Part shown: positions 12,559-24,140 of the stretch, in pieces
How the letters are laid out: the number at the start of each line of letters is the position of its first letter
Position numbering within the stretch: position 1 is the stretch's first letter
NCBI RefSeq assembly: GCF_006345805.1
Contig: NW_021834386.1
Location: forward strand, 1 to 50,664
Source: Octopus sinensis
Lineage: Eukaryota
Reading direction: 5' to 3'
DNA length: 50,664 nt
Translations under genes and position numbers: made by a program
Notes under the pieces: model-generated
Databases searched by the model: none
Seen by the model: only the letters and a program-made list of their open reading frames with translations
What the model was told of the DNA's origin: nothing

Positions 12559-12700
12559 ATTGAATAATATGGGTTCAAAAAAAGTTTTTTACATAATTGC
12601 CACATTGAATATTATGCATTCAAAAAAGTTTTTTACATAATTGTCACATTGGATATTATGAATTCAAAAATGTTTTTTTATACATAATTGTCACATTGCA
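12559..12700. repeat. About 45-bp tandem repeat, 3+ copies (attgaatattatgcattcaaaaaagttttttacataattgtcac)
   Basis: Direct reading. Confidence 0.85.
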
Positions 12701-13099
12701 TGTATAGTGTTTGGTAACAGAGAAGTTCAATAGTGTGATGAGAATATTTGGGAAAATTTGGCAGAAAAGGATAAAACAAATATATTATTGGGAATTGGTT
12801 GCGTTAATTATTGGTTGTCGCAAATTGTCACATTACATGTATATATATATACAATCTTTGGTATATATATACAGCCTTTTGACGGCAAAAATTAAAATGG
12901 ATTTTTTATACATCTCAGAATATTTTAAGTATGTTTTTACTGACCTGTCGGTATTAGCAGAAAGGCTGAACTGAGAGAACAGAAGAAGTAGCCAATGTGG
13001 TGTATACTTCCCGTTTATGCATGAATGATTTTGGGGTTATCAGGAGGTTAGTATGCGGGTGTGAATAGATGTGTCCGTGCCCGCTGGTCAGATAGCGTC

Positions 13100-13530
13100 T
13101 GTTTGTCACACACATATATATACACACAAACACACACACACACAACAACAACACACACACATACACACACATAGTATACAAACACACACCACATACAAAC
13201 AACACACACACACACACAGAACACACACACCCACACACAACGCACCCACATATATCACATATACACACAGCACACAAATATAACATGTATCTATATATAA
13301 CATACACAGATATATAACACACATACACACACAACACACACACACACACAGACACACAACACACGCACACATACATACATAATATAAATATCACACAAAT
13401 ACACCTAGCATATATATACACACATACAATACACACATACAGCATGTAAGTAATATACATACACAATATATGCATGCAATATACATACGCAATACATACA
13501 TATAATATATATATATATAGACAATGCATA
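13100..13530. repeat. Degenerate (CA)n/(TA)n microsatellite
   Basis: Direct reading. Confidence 0.9.
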
Positions 13531-13789
13531 TACATATTATTCAATGTTTCCTTAAATGTAACTTTTGACAATCTTTTACCAAAGAGTGAAACCGGTTAAG
13601 TAAATAAACATCGTTTAAATTGCATTTTCAAACCTTTTTTCTTATATATATATATATATATATTATATATACATACATATATCTATATGTATGTATGCAT
13701 ATATATATATACACACACACACATAATATATATATATATATATATATAATATATATATATATATTATAATATATATATATATATATATA

Positions 13790-14210
13790 TATGAAAAAAC
13801 AAGTCAAAAATAGAAAATGCTAAAATAATTTTATAGTGAACATTTCAGTACCGGTTTCGGTCATTTTGAGACCTTTTCAACTGTAACGATTGAATAATTA
13901 AATTTAGAAAAATTAGAAGAAAAGTTTTTTTAAAAGAATATTTCTATAGTAGTGTTCAGATTTAAGTGGCATTCTGCCTTTCTCTGACTCCCTTGTTTGC
14001 ACTTGAGTGTTGGAGGTCGTTGTGAGTTCTTGTAGGGTAGTAGAGGAAGAAGGCTGGTGAGGAAGGGGGGTGGAGAATCTGGGAGTGCCCTGATGGTCGT
14101 ATTTTGAATGGTCAGTGGCGGCTGGCAGTCTCAGTTCAATTCAGGAGAATATTTATATTGACAGGCTTGTTTATAGAATTAGCGTAGGTGTTATACTAAA
14201 AAACATTAGT
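13790..14210 (-). mobile_element. Possible Penelope-like element 3' region / terminal repeat
   Basis: Minus strand TTGAAAA-GGTC-tcaaaat-GACC-GAAACCGGTA at 13880-13849. A weak YKYSPELN* resembles a GIY-YIG ORF end; assignment is inference. Confidence 0.45.
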
Positions 14211-14235
14211 GACAAAGTTAAGGGGTAGGGGGTGG

Positions 14236-14480
14236 AGAAGTAGAAGAAGAAGAAGAAGAAGAAGAAGGAGGAGGAGAAGGAGAAGATGACGATGATGGTG
14301 ATGGTGGTGATGATTATGACGACGATGATGATGATAATGATGATGATGAACAAGAAGAAGAAGAAGGAGGAGAAGGAGAAGATGGTGGTGATGATGGTGG
14401 TGATGATGATGACGACGATGATGATGATAATGATGATGATGAAGAAGAAGAGGAAGAAGAAGAAGAAGAAAAAACAGAGA
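14236..14480. repeat. Compound (GAA)n/(GAT)n repeat with an internal ~100-bp duplication
   Basis: Direct reading. Confidence 0.9.
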
Positions 14481-15094
14481 AGGGAGAATATGAAAGGGTG
14501 TAAGTATAGCTATGAGGGGCTGATTAGTAATGGATTCTATGGAGTGTAATTGTGTGTTGTATATATATTTTTCTTTCATTCTAAAGTTGAGGTATATTAA
14601 TTGTTTGTCGTAGACCCGTTAAGAAGTGGCTTGTATTTTGTAATAAAGAGATTTTCTTTACTTATTCGTTGTCTCGAGGTTGTATCGTCCCTAAATTGGT
14701 AGAGGAGGAAAATTCTGAAGTTTGGTGTTTTTTTGTTGGCGCAAGTATCTATGTGTTGGCTAAATATATATATACGTATGTATTCAAGTGTATATATCTC
14801 TCTTTATATATACATATATAAATGTAGGAAACAAAAGACCTCGTTCTAATATGTCCTTTAGAGTCCAGCGCACTAGTTGTAGTGACAAGTAATATTCGTA
14901 AAACCTACCAGGTTCTAGCGAGCGGTCCCATCGCTAGAATGTGGTAGGAGTTCGCTCCCTTGCTCACAATACGTCGGATGCAGCTGTGCAATGTTGACCA
15001 GCTGGGTGAGATGTCTTCTCTGAGTTAAAAGAATCTCAGTACAGTCTGTTAGAACGGATACGCATGTTGAAGTGGCTACGAAATTACTTATAAA

Positions 15095-15407
<313 letters not shown>

Positions 15408-15439
15408 CACCACTCGTGTTCGACATCTCCTTTTTTTAA

Positions 15440-15489
<50 letters not shown>

Positions 15490-15524
15490 CATATGTATGT
15501 CTATGTCTATATATATATGTATAG

Positions 15525-15571
<47 letters not shown>

Positions 15572-15619
15572 TCAACCTCTCCTTCTCCTTATTAATAATA
15601 ATAATAATAATAATAATAA

Positions 15620-15650
<31 letters not shown>

Positions 15651-16464
15651 TAATAATAATAACAGTATAATAATATATGAATATAGATACGTTCATATGC
15701 ATATACACATATATATATACATATACATATGATACACTTACAGGCGCACGCACTGACACATACACACGCATATATTCACGCATACCTACTAAGTGAAACT
15801 TGGCTTTACTAACAATCACATTTTACTCTTATGGCTGAGAATATAACAACAATAACAATAACAGCAAACAAATCCCTCCAAGAAATCTGAGAACGAAGAC
15901 AGCACATGTATTGTGGGTGGGGATAGACTCACTTTTAACATTTAGATCCATATTTATTGAAAATCCGTGAAAAAATCTATGAGGCGGAATAACTGGAAAC
16001 AAAACTGTCGAAAATTAAGCCATTTGACTTCAAAATATTTTCCATAAAAGTTATCTTGTTTTGGCCGACAAATGGCTGATGAAAATCTCAAATATCATTA
16101 GTGGTGTTGGTCGATTTTCCAAAGGCATTGGAAATCACGTAAAGGATGCCGGAGCAAAGATCGATAGCATGTAACAACAAGCATCTTGCACCAACGTCAT
16201 ATCTATCATTCAACACGAATACATCAATCCATCCTTGTATATATATGTGTGTATTACTATATATACTATATATAATATATATATATATAAATAATATAAT
16301 ATCTACATTGCTATAATATATTTATATATACATATATACATAGAGGCAATTACGAATGCACACACACAAATATATACTATAAACATATATATACTTATAT
16401 TATATATGTATAATGTAAACATATACACATACACACACACACGTATAAATATACACATATATAT

Positions 16465-16623
16465 GACGGGCTTCTTTCAGTTCGTCTACAAATCCACTCA
16501 CAAGGCTTTGGTCGGCTCTAGGCTATAGTAGAAGTCACTCGGCCAACGTGCAACGCAGTGGGATTGAACCGAGCCCATGTGGCTGGGAAGCAAGCTTCAT
16601 ACCACACTACCATTCCTGCGCCT
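16465..16623 (-). mobile_element. SINE family A 5' half
   Basis: Matches family A. Confidence 0.85.
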
Positions 16624-16675
16624 AGCCAAACGCCTATATATAAATATATATCTATATATATAATATATATATATA

Positions 16676-16720
<45 letters not shown>

Positions 16721-16749
16721 GTAGTCTATGTCTATATATATATGTATAG

Positions 16750-16794
<45 letters not shown>

Positions 16795-16832
16795 TCAACC
16801 TCTCCTTCTCCTTATTAATAATAATAATAATA

Positions 16833-16876
<44 letters not shown>

Positions 16877-17690
16877 TAATAATAATAACAGTAATAATAA
16901 TATATGAATATAGATACGTTCATATGCATATATACACATATATATATACATATACATATAGATACACTTACAGGCGCACGCACTGACACATACACACGCA
17001 TATATTCACGCATACCTACTTAAGTGAAACTTGGCTTTACTTAACAATCACATTTTACTCTTATGGCTGAGAATATAACAACAATAACAATAACAGCAAA
17101 CAAATCCCTCCAAGAAATCTGAGAACGAAGACAGCACATGTATTGTGGGTGGGGATAGACTCACTTTTAACATTTAGATCCATATTTATTGAAAATCCGT
17201 GAAAAAATCTATGAGGCGGAATAACTGGAAACAAAACTGTCGAAAATTAAGCCATTTGACTTCAAAATATTTTCCATAAAATTTATCTTGTTTTGGCCGA
17301 CAAATGGCTGATGAAAATCTCAATATCATTAGTGGTGTTGGCGATTTTCAAAGCATTGGAAATCACGTAAAGGATGGCCGGAGCAAAGATCGATAGCATG
17401 TAACAACAAGCATCTGCACCAACGTCATATCTATCATTCACACGAATACATCAATCCATCCTTGTATATATATGTGTGTATATATATATATTATATATAT
17501 ATATATTATATTATATATAAATATATATATATATATACATGTATATATATATTATATATACATATACATAAGGCACATACGCATGCACACACACAAATAT
17601 ACTTATAAACATATATATACTTATATATATATATGTATAATGTAAACATATACACATACACACACACACGTAAAATATACACATATATAT

Positions 17691-17853
17691 GACGGGCTTC
17701 TTTCAGTTTCCGTCTACCAAATCCACTCACAAGGCTTTGATCGGCTCTAGGCTATAGTAGAAGTCACTCGGCCAACGTGCAACGCAGTGGGATTGAACCC
17801 GAGCCCATGTGGCTGGGAAGCAAGCTTCATACCACACTACCATTCCTGCGCCT
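17691..17853 (-). mobile_element. SINE family A 5' half (duplicate of 16465)
   Basis: Shares private variants with the 16465 copy (gaagtcactcggccaacgtgcaac). Confidence 0.85.
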
Positions 17854-17900
17854 AGCACGCCTATATATATTATATATATATATATATATAATATATAATA

Positions 17901-17966
<66 letters not shown>

Positions 17967-18273
17967 GACGATAAGAAAATGGAGAAATAAATAACAATGA
18001 GAAATGGATCTTTGGTGCTATAAAGCTATCAACTCTCATCTTAACTAATTAAATTATGCCTTTATATTACCAGAGATTCACTTCACATTGTTATTTCTTT
18101 CTCCATTTCTCATCGTCTATATATTCATTAATGTACGATTTACCATTAAATTACCTACAGCCGTATACCTTATAAGAAGTACCATACATACTGAGGTAAT
18201 TACCAGGCGTCCCTCTGGATATATCTATCCCTTAGAAGTTTCAATACCTTTAATTTATACTTTATATAGATAA

Positions 18274-18660
18274 GTGTGGTAAGTATATTGCTTACTAACC
18301 ACATGGTTCCGGGTACAATCCCACTGCGTGGCACCTTGGGCAAGTGTCTTCTACTATAGCCTAGGGCCGACCAAAGTTTTGTGAATGGATTTGGTAGACG
18401 GAAATTGAAAGAAGCCCGTCGTATATATGTATTTATGTGTGTGTGTATATGTTTGTGTGTCTATGTTTATCATTCCCCCCCAACATCGCTTGACAACCGA
18501 TGGTGGGTGTGTTTACGTCCCCGTAACTTAGCGGTCCGGCAAAAGAGCCCGATGCGATAAATACTAGGCTTACAAAGAATAAGTCCTGTGGTCGATTTGC
18601 TCGACTACAGGCGGTACTCCAGCATAGCCGCAGTCAAATGACTGAAACAATTAAAAAGAA
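18274..18660 (+). mobile_element. Near-full SINE family A
   Basis: Head, CCTTGGGCAAGT, internal TA/TG tract, 3' half. Confidence 0.9.
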
Positions 18661-18673
18661 TATGGTGTGTGTG

Positions 18674-18711
<38 letters not shown>

Positions 18712-18964
18712 TTGTGTGTGTGTGCGTGTATGTGTGTGTTTGTACAAGCGAGGAGGCACCTAAAATTAACAGGAAACTTTCTCTATCCATTGCGGATCAG
18801 ACATCCGCTGCAAGATACTCTTTGATGCCACCAACAAGAATCAGTCTGCCGACCGGCGTCATTTCAGTGGTGTCGTGCTTCTACGTGGTACATCTTTGTT
18901 TCGAAGTGCTTCTCATCTGTTCGTCGATTTTTGTTATAACTGAAACGAAGTAACTGCGTGCTTC

Positions 18965-19122
18965 CGTGACATTCCGTTTTCTGATGCTGAAAAACACCGC
19001 CCGAAACAGTTGTCATGCTTCAAACAGATTACAATGACGCTGCCTTAAGCAAAACGCAAGTTGTTTTAGCGCTTTAGAATCCCTTGAAGATCACCCTTGT
19101 TCAGGGCAACCGTCGATTTCCT
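18965..19122 (+). mobile_element. Mariner transposase N-terminal (HTH) relic
   Basis: MLQTDYNDAALSKTQV (from 19015), then after a frameshift ESLEDHPCSGQPSIS. This resembles the mariner pattern ML..AYG...LS.TQV...ESLEDDPRSGRPSTS. Confidence 0.7.
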
Positions 19123-19472
19123 CCCACGCACCTGTGTGTGTCTATGTGTGCGCGGGGGTGGGGGGTATGCATGTATCATTTTTCTGTTTAGGAAAGATCA
19201 ACTAAAAATCACTTCATGTGCGAAATAGATATTGCTTTATGTACACCAAATAATAGTTTGATACAGCTGACCATGTTTTTAGGCGATTTACTAAAACCAA
19301 CCTAGAAAACAACTCCAATGTACGAAACAATTACTAGCTTATATCTATAGTATGTACACCAAGTTATATAGTTTATATATATATATATATACAGCAAATA
19401 AAAGACAGAATGTTGGTATACGAGAATTTATTATTAATCACGACAATTGTTTCAACACATCTAGCAACGAGA

Positions 19473-19503
<31 letters not shown>

Positions 19504-19840
19504 GAGATGTGAGAGAGCCAGAAATAGATACAGATAACACACACAGCTTAAACACAATTTCTAACCAGCTGTACTTAGGAGGGCTATTTGAAATTTGTCT
19601 GTATATTCTCATTAACCTTTGAACAGAATAACAATGTTGAAGCGTGGGTGTAAGAATAACGAAAACAAAATCTTATGATAAATGTTATTTGCCATATCGC
19701 TGAAGACGATATGGAAATATGAGATAACATTTACAAGACAATGCAAATATGTTCGTATACAGTTGTGATGATTCGAAAATAACATCTGCAACATACCTAC
19801 AGCATACATTGAACTCTAAAAAATCCGACTTAAATACGCA

Positions 19841-19895
19841 ATGAAGTCATTCTGGCTGATTGTGCTTCTTTCTGTCTTGTCCGTGCGATTTGATA
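19841..19895 (+). CDS. Candidate first coding exon encoding a signal peptide, MKSFWLIVLLSVLSVRFD, phase-1 donor
   Basis: ATG in gcaATGa context; n-region K, hydrophobic core; ends GAT A|gtaaat. No homologue recognised. Confidence 0.4.
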
Positions 19896-19943
19896 GTAAA
19901 TTCAATGTCATTTGTTACGAATGTTCATGTTCGAATGTTCAAT

Positions 19944-20275
19944 AGGCGCAGGAGTGGCTGTATGGTAAGTAGCTTGGTAACCAACCACATGGTTCCGGGT
20001 TCAGTCCCACTGCGTGGCATCTTGGTCAAGTGTCTTCTGCTATAGCCCCGGGCCGACCAATGCCTTGTGACTGGATTTGGTAGAGGGAAACTGAAAAGAA
20101 GCCTGTCGTATATATGTATATATATATATATATGTGTGTGTGTATATGTTTGCGTGTCTGTCTTAATCCCCCTAGCATTGCTAGTCCTGGGGTCGAGTTG
20201 CTCGATTAAAGGCGGTGCTCCAGCATGACCGCAGTCAAATGACTGAAACAAGTAAAACAGTAAAAGAGTAAAGAG
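19944..20275 (+). mobile_element. SINE family A with internal deletion
   Basis: aggcgcaggagtggctgtatggtaagtagc...gactgaaacaagtaaaacagtaaaagag. Confidence 0.9.
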
Positions 20276-20607
20276 TGTAAAGTTGCGAGAATCGCTAATG
20301 CAATCCATAATTTATCTCTTGACGATTTAAGGTTATATATAGAAAATATATACCATACTTTGAAAGCGCTCAAGTTTTCAGCTGATAAAGAATTTAGTCT
20401 AACTGAATGTATATATTTTATAGTGGAAAACTGTAAAACGTTTCGAAACAATGGCTGCTGTATTCTATGAAATCATTGTGGTCGCACCCTGGGCAAGAGA
20501 TACGAAATCAGTTTTTAATAGCACTAGAGACACGGGACGTCGTTTCCTGCAAAACATGGAAGTAATCCTTAACACACTCACATTTCTAGTATTTCTATCA
20601 TTATAAG

Positions 20608-20655
20608 ACGAAGTTGGATCCATTGATGTTACAAACAACATAGTTCTAACATCAG
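20608..20655 (+). CDS. Candidate 48-nt phase 1-1 exon, xEVGSIDVTNNIVLTS
   Basis: Acceptor tttctatcattataag, donor CAG|gtgaga, open in phase 1 only. Confidence 0.38.
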
Positions 20656-21443
20656 GTGAGAATTACATAGAAATAAAGATATAGAAAATATTTTTTGCAG
20701 ACGAAAATACGTATGAAGAGGCTTAGAATAAGTTTGAATAACTTCTGAGGCTCTAGGGTCAATGCACAAAAAATAGTGACATTTTAAAAGTTGGAAGTAA
20801 AATGTCTCATGAAACTCATAAACGTCAATGATATTCCATGCGACGCCATCAATTTTGATCTGGTCAAATTTAACAAAAACCACGATGAAATACTATTTAC
20901 TTAGTAAGTAAAGATTATCATTTGTTTTCTGCAAAATTGCAGCCGATTCAAATATTGACGGACGTGTAGCCTCTCTTAGACTCATGTCCCTTAGAAAATA
21001 TGATATTCTGAAGATACTGATTCTATAGACCAAATTTCAGAGACTCTTGACAAAATGGGATAAGGACCGAAAATACTAGTCGAACCATATATCACTTATT
21101 TTATCCAGTTGCTACCCTAATATGTAACATACGATCTTTCAAAAGGGTATGATGTCGCTGTTGATACAAAATATATCTTCCATATATGATATTATAGAGG
21201 ATATTACATGAAAAATTATTTCTAATTTCAGATAAAAACAATAAGCATAATAGAGTTATTTGGAGCAAATATAAGCATCTCAATTACGAGAAATGTCGGC
21301 TGCACTCCGGTTGAGAACATTTCTATAAAAAATATCTACCGACGAATTATTCGAAAACAATAGCTTCACTTCTTCACGAAATATTCTACATTAGAATATT
21401 TATCATTGATGAAATTTTTAATGCTCTTATTTTTCCCTATAAG

Positions 21444-21455
21444 CTTGTCTTTTCT
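21444..21455 (+). CDS. Candidate 12-nt micro-exon (xCLS)
   Basis: Acceptor ctcttatttttccctataag, donor CTG|gtaaag. Confidence 0.3.
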
Positions 21456-22154
21456 GGTAAAGGAAGTGACAATGAGTCACATTACAAATGCAATCAGTTG
21501 ACGGAGCAATGAAATTACGAAGGTGTTCTCAGAGCTATTTCCATATTACTCCACATAGAATTTCATCTTTTCAGTAGTTCGTTCAACATGTCCATATACA
21601 GACGACAATTTTTTAAAAAGCTTTTGATAGGAGTAAATAAATTCGAGGCATATAAATGAATGTTGCTTCCTGGCATTTAAAGTATATTGAAGTATGTACA
21701 ACAGAAACAGTCGTTTAAATGTTTTCTGATCATGTTCATCTAGGAATTTTTCAATGCCTTTCAACTGTAACAAAATATTTTATAAACTGTTCACCTGTGA
21801 CCAACCTGCGTTCAAAATATGAGAATTTGATCTTTCTGTAAGCCATAAATAATGGAGACGATAGTACAGCAGGCTATGAAAAAATAAAGCTCAAAGAAAC
21901 AATTGTCAGCAGTGGAATTTAATCTTAATTCTGTTGACTCATGGCAAACTTTATTCTAAACAACAATAAGAGCAAGCAACATATATCGTGTAGGTGTTGT
22001 ACGTTCTACTGATACTCCATATGCTCGGCTTATCAGCTACATTCCACCTCAGTACAAAGGAATGCCTTTGAAAGCCATATAAATGTTGAAAGGAAACTTA
22101 ACGCTATGGCTTTCAATGAACGTTTATAGGAATCACATAACTTATTCCTTACAG

Positions 22155-22163
22155 GAATATATG
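22155..22163 (+). CDS. Candidate 9-nt micro-exon (xIY)
   Basis: Acceptor cttattccttacag, donor ATG|gtgaga. Confidence 0.3.
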
Positions 22164-22754
22164 GTGAGACCTTTATAGGAAAATGTGAAAGATACGGTTT
22201 GAGAGTAATTCCACTTTAAACCAATTGGCAGGCGCTAAGTATTAGCAGGGATATATTGAAGCTAGAATGCAATCCAAATTCCATCGGCAACCGGATTCGC
22301 TGGGAACTTAGCTCTTAGCTCTTGTATTAGATCAGTTACGAAGCAGTGAAACTATTGTGTTCCCACACTGGAATAACAATAACATATTTGCAGGATGGCT
22401 GGTGTAATCTCTTGAACTGAATCCAGAAATCTCTGTCAGCGAAATCGCTCCAATAAAAATCTGAATACAAGCCTGGAGATGGGAGAATGTCTTAAAACAT
22501 GAAAAGATTACATACCGCAATTTTCTGTTATGATGATTTGTTATGAATTATCTAGATGACAAAATGCAACACCATCAGAATGCTTGCAACACAATAGAAT
22601 GTATTTAAAGGGTTATGAAGCGATTAGTGGTGTTACACCAAACACCCGAGAATTAAATACAAGCTCATAAACATTCAAACAATTTAACTACGCTCTACAG
22701 ACTTACACGAACGTGTATATTGCTATGCAGATATGTATAAGAGTGATTGTGTGT

Positions 22755-22892
<138 letters not shown>

Positions 22893-23062
22893 ATGTGTGA
22901 ATTTTCTCCTTGTTAACAATTCACACGGAAAAAATAGATAAATAGTTACCAGCGTAGCAAAAAATCGCACAAGTAAAAAGGTTGTAACTCCTGGATTTTA
23001 AAGGTAGAAACGTTGGGTTTACGTGAAATATTTTGTATAACATATATAAATAAATAAAAGAA

Positions 23063-23196
23063 GTTAAACGCAGGTGTTATTCAAATTCTTTTACTTCCTG
23101 GTAATATCACTGGTATTATACCTTTGGAATAATACCAGTGATATCTTCGACACAGGTGTCGGAAGTAAGAGAATTTGAATAACACCTGCGTTTAAC
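23063..23196. repeat. Fold-back element: 36-bp outer inverted repeat enclosing 16-bp and 6-bp hairpins
   Basis: Arms 23063-23098/23161-23196 (1 mismatch); 23104-23119/23129-23144; 23148-23153/23156-23161. Confidence 0.88.
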
Positions 23197-23197
23197 T

Positions 23198-23386
<189 letters not shown>

Positions 23387-23494
23387 CATTCAGAAATGCA
23401 CACGTCCCACGTACATTGCTTTGCACAATGACATACTGGCAGAGGGCGAGGTACAAACATCTTAGAGACCTCTCCTGCTGCAAGAAATAGCAGC

Positions 23495-23628
23495 CATCCG
23501 CCGAGGTTGACTTTGCCTTTCATCCTTTCAGGGTTCATAAACTAAGTACCAGCTGCGTACTGGGGTCGATCTAATCGAGTGGCCCACCTCCCCAAAAATT
23601 TCAGGCCTTGTGCCTAGCAAAGAAAATT
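23495..23628 (+). mobile_element. SINE family B, 3' part
   Basis: ccgccgaggttgactttgcctttcatcctttcagggttcataaa. Confidence 0.85.
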
Positions 23629-23752
23629 ATAAGCAGCCATATTTCCCTGCAGTCGTATATTACGAAGTACGCAATGTAACTTAAGTTATTGAGGCAGACA
23701 GAAAGGTCGCAGTTTGAACATCATTATTCACAGGTTGCATTCAATCAGAACT

Positions 23753-24140
23753 GGAGGCCCAATGGCCCAGTGGTTAGGGCAGCGGACCCGCGGTGATAGG
23801 ATCGCGGTTTCGATTCCCAGACCGGGCGTTGTGAGTGTTTATTGAGCGAAAACACCTAAAAGCTCCACGAGGTTCCGGCAGGGGATGGTGGTGATCCCTG
23901 CTGTACTCTTTCACCACAACTTTCTCTCACTCTTACTTCCTGTTTCTGTTGTACCTGTATTTCAAAGGGCCGGCCTTGTCACTCTCTGTGTCACGCTGAA
24001 TATCCCCGAGAACTACGTTAAGGGTACACGTGTCTGTGGAGTGCTCAGCCACTTACACGTTAATTTCACGAGCAGGCTGTTCCGTTGATTCGGATCAACC
24101 GGAACCCTTATCGTCGTAACCGACGGAGTGCTTCCATCCA
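23753..24140 (+). mobile_element. Full-length tRNA-derived SINE family D with 12-bp target-site duplication
   Basis: A box TGGCCCAGTGG, B box GTTTCGATTCC; TCAATCAGAACT at 23741-23752 and 24141-24152. Confidence 0.9.

Larger units (their letters stand above)
12456..13648. repeat. Perfect 116-bp inverted repeat (12456-12571 / 13533-13648) of a Penelope-like terminus
   Basis: Arms compared base by base with no mismatch found; contain GAAACCGGT. Confidence 0.9.
15440..17856. repeat. Tandem duplication, unit about 1.22 kb, each ending in a SINE A head
   Basis: Landmark atcaacctctcc at 15571 and 16794; ggctgagaatataacaac... at 15833 and 17065. Confidence 0.92.

Noticed and set aside
18074-18273. 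Hydrophobic ORF (LLFLSPFLIVYIFINVRF...) as a paralogue of the 19841 signal exon
   Set aside because: No in-frame ATG or compatible upstream donor was found; the similarity (LIV...VRF) is too slight.
20905-20907. 3-nt micro-exon (tag|TAA|gtaaag)
   Set aside because: It would leave a 35-nt intron before the 20943 acceptor.
21408-21455. Second signal-peptide start MKFLMLLFFPISLSF
   Set aside because: The hydrophobicity derives from the polypyrimidine tract of the 21443 acceptor, and the donor would be phase 2, incompatible with the array.
23753-23830. tRNA gene call (also 49082-49148 and the family A heads)
   Set aside because: The heads run directly into SINE bodies, lack a proper acceptor stem, and one copy has a TSD; they are SINE promoters, not tRNA genes.
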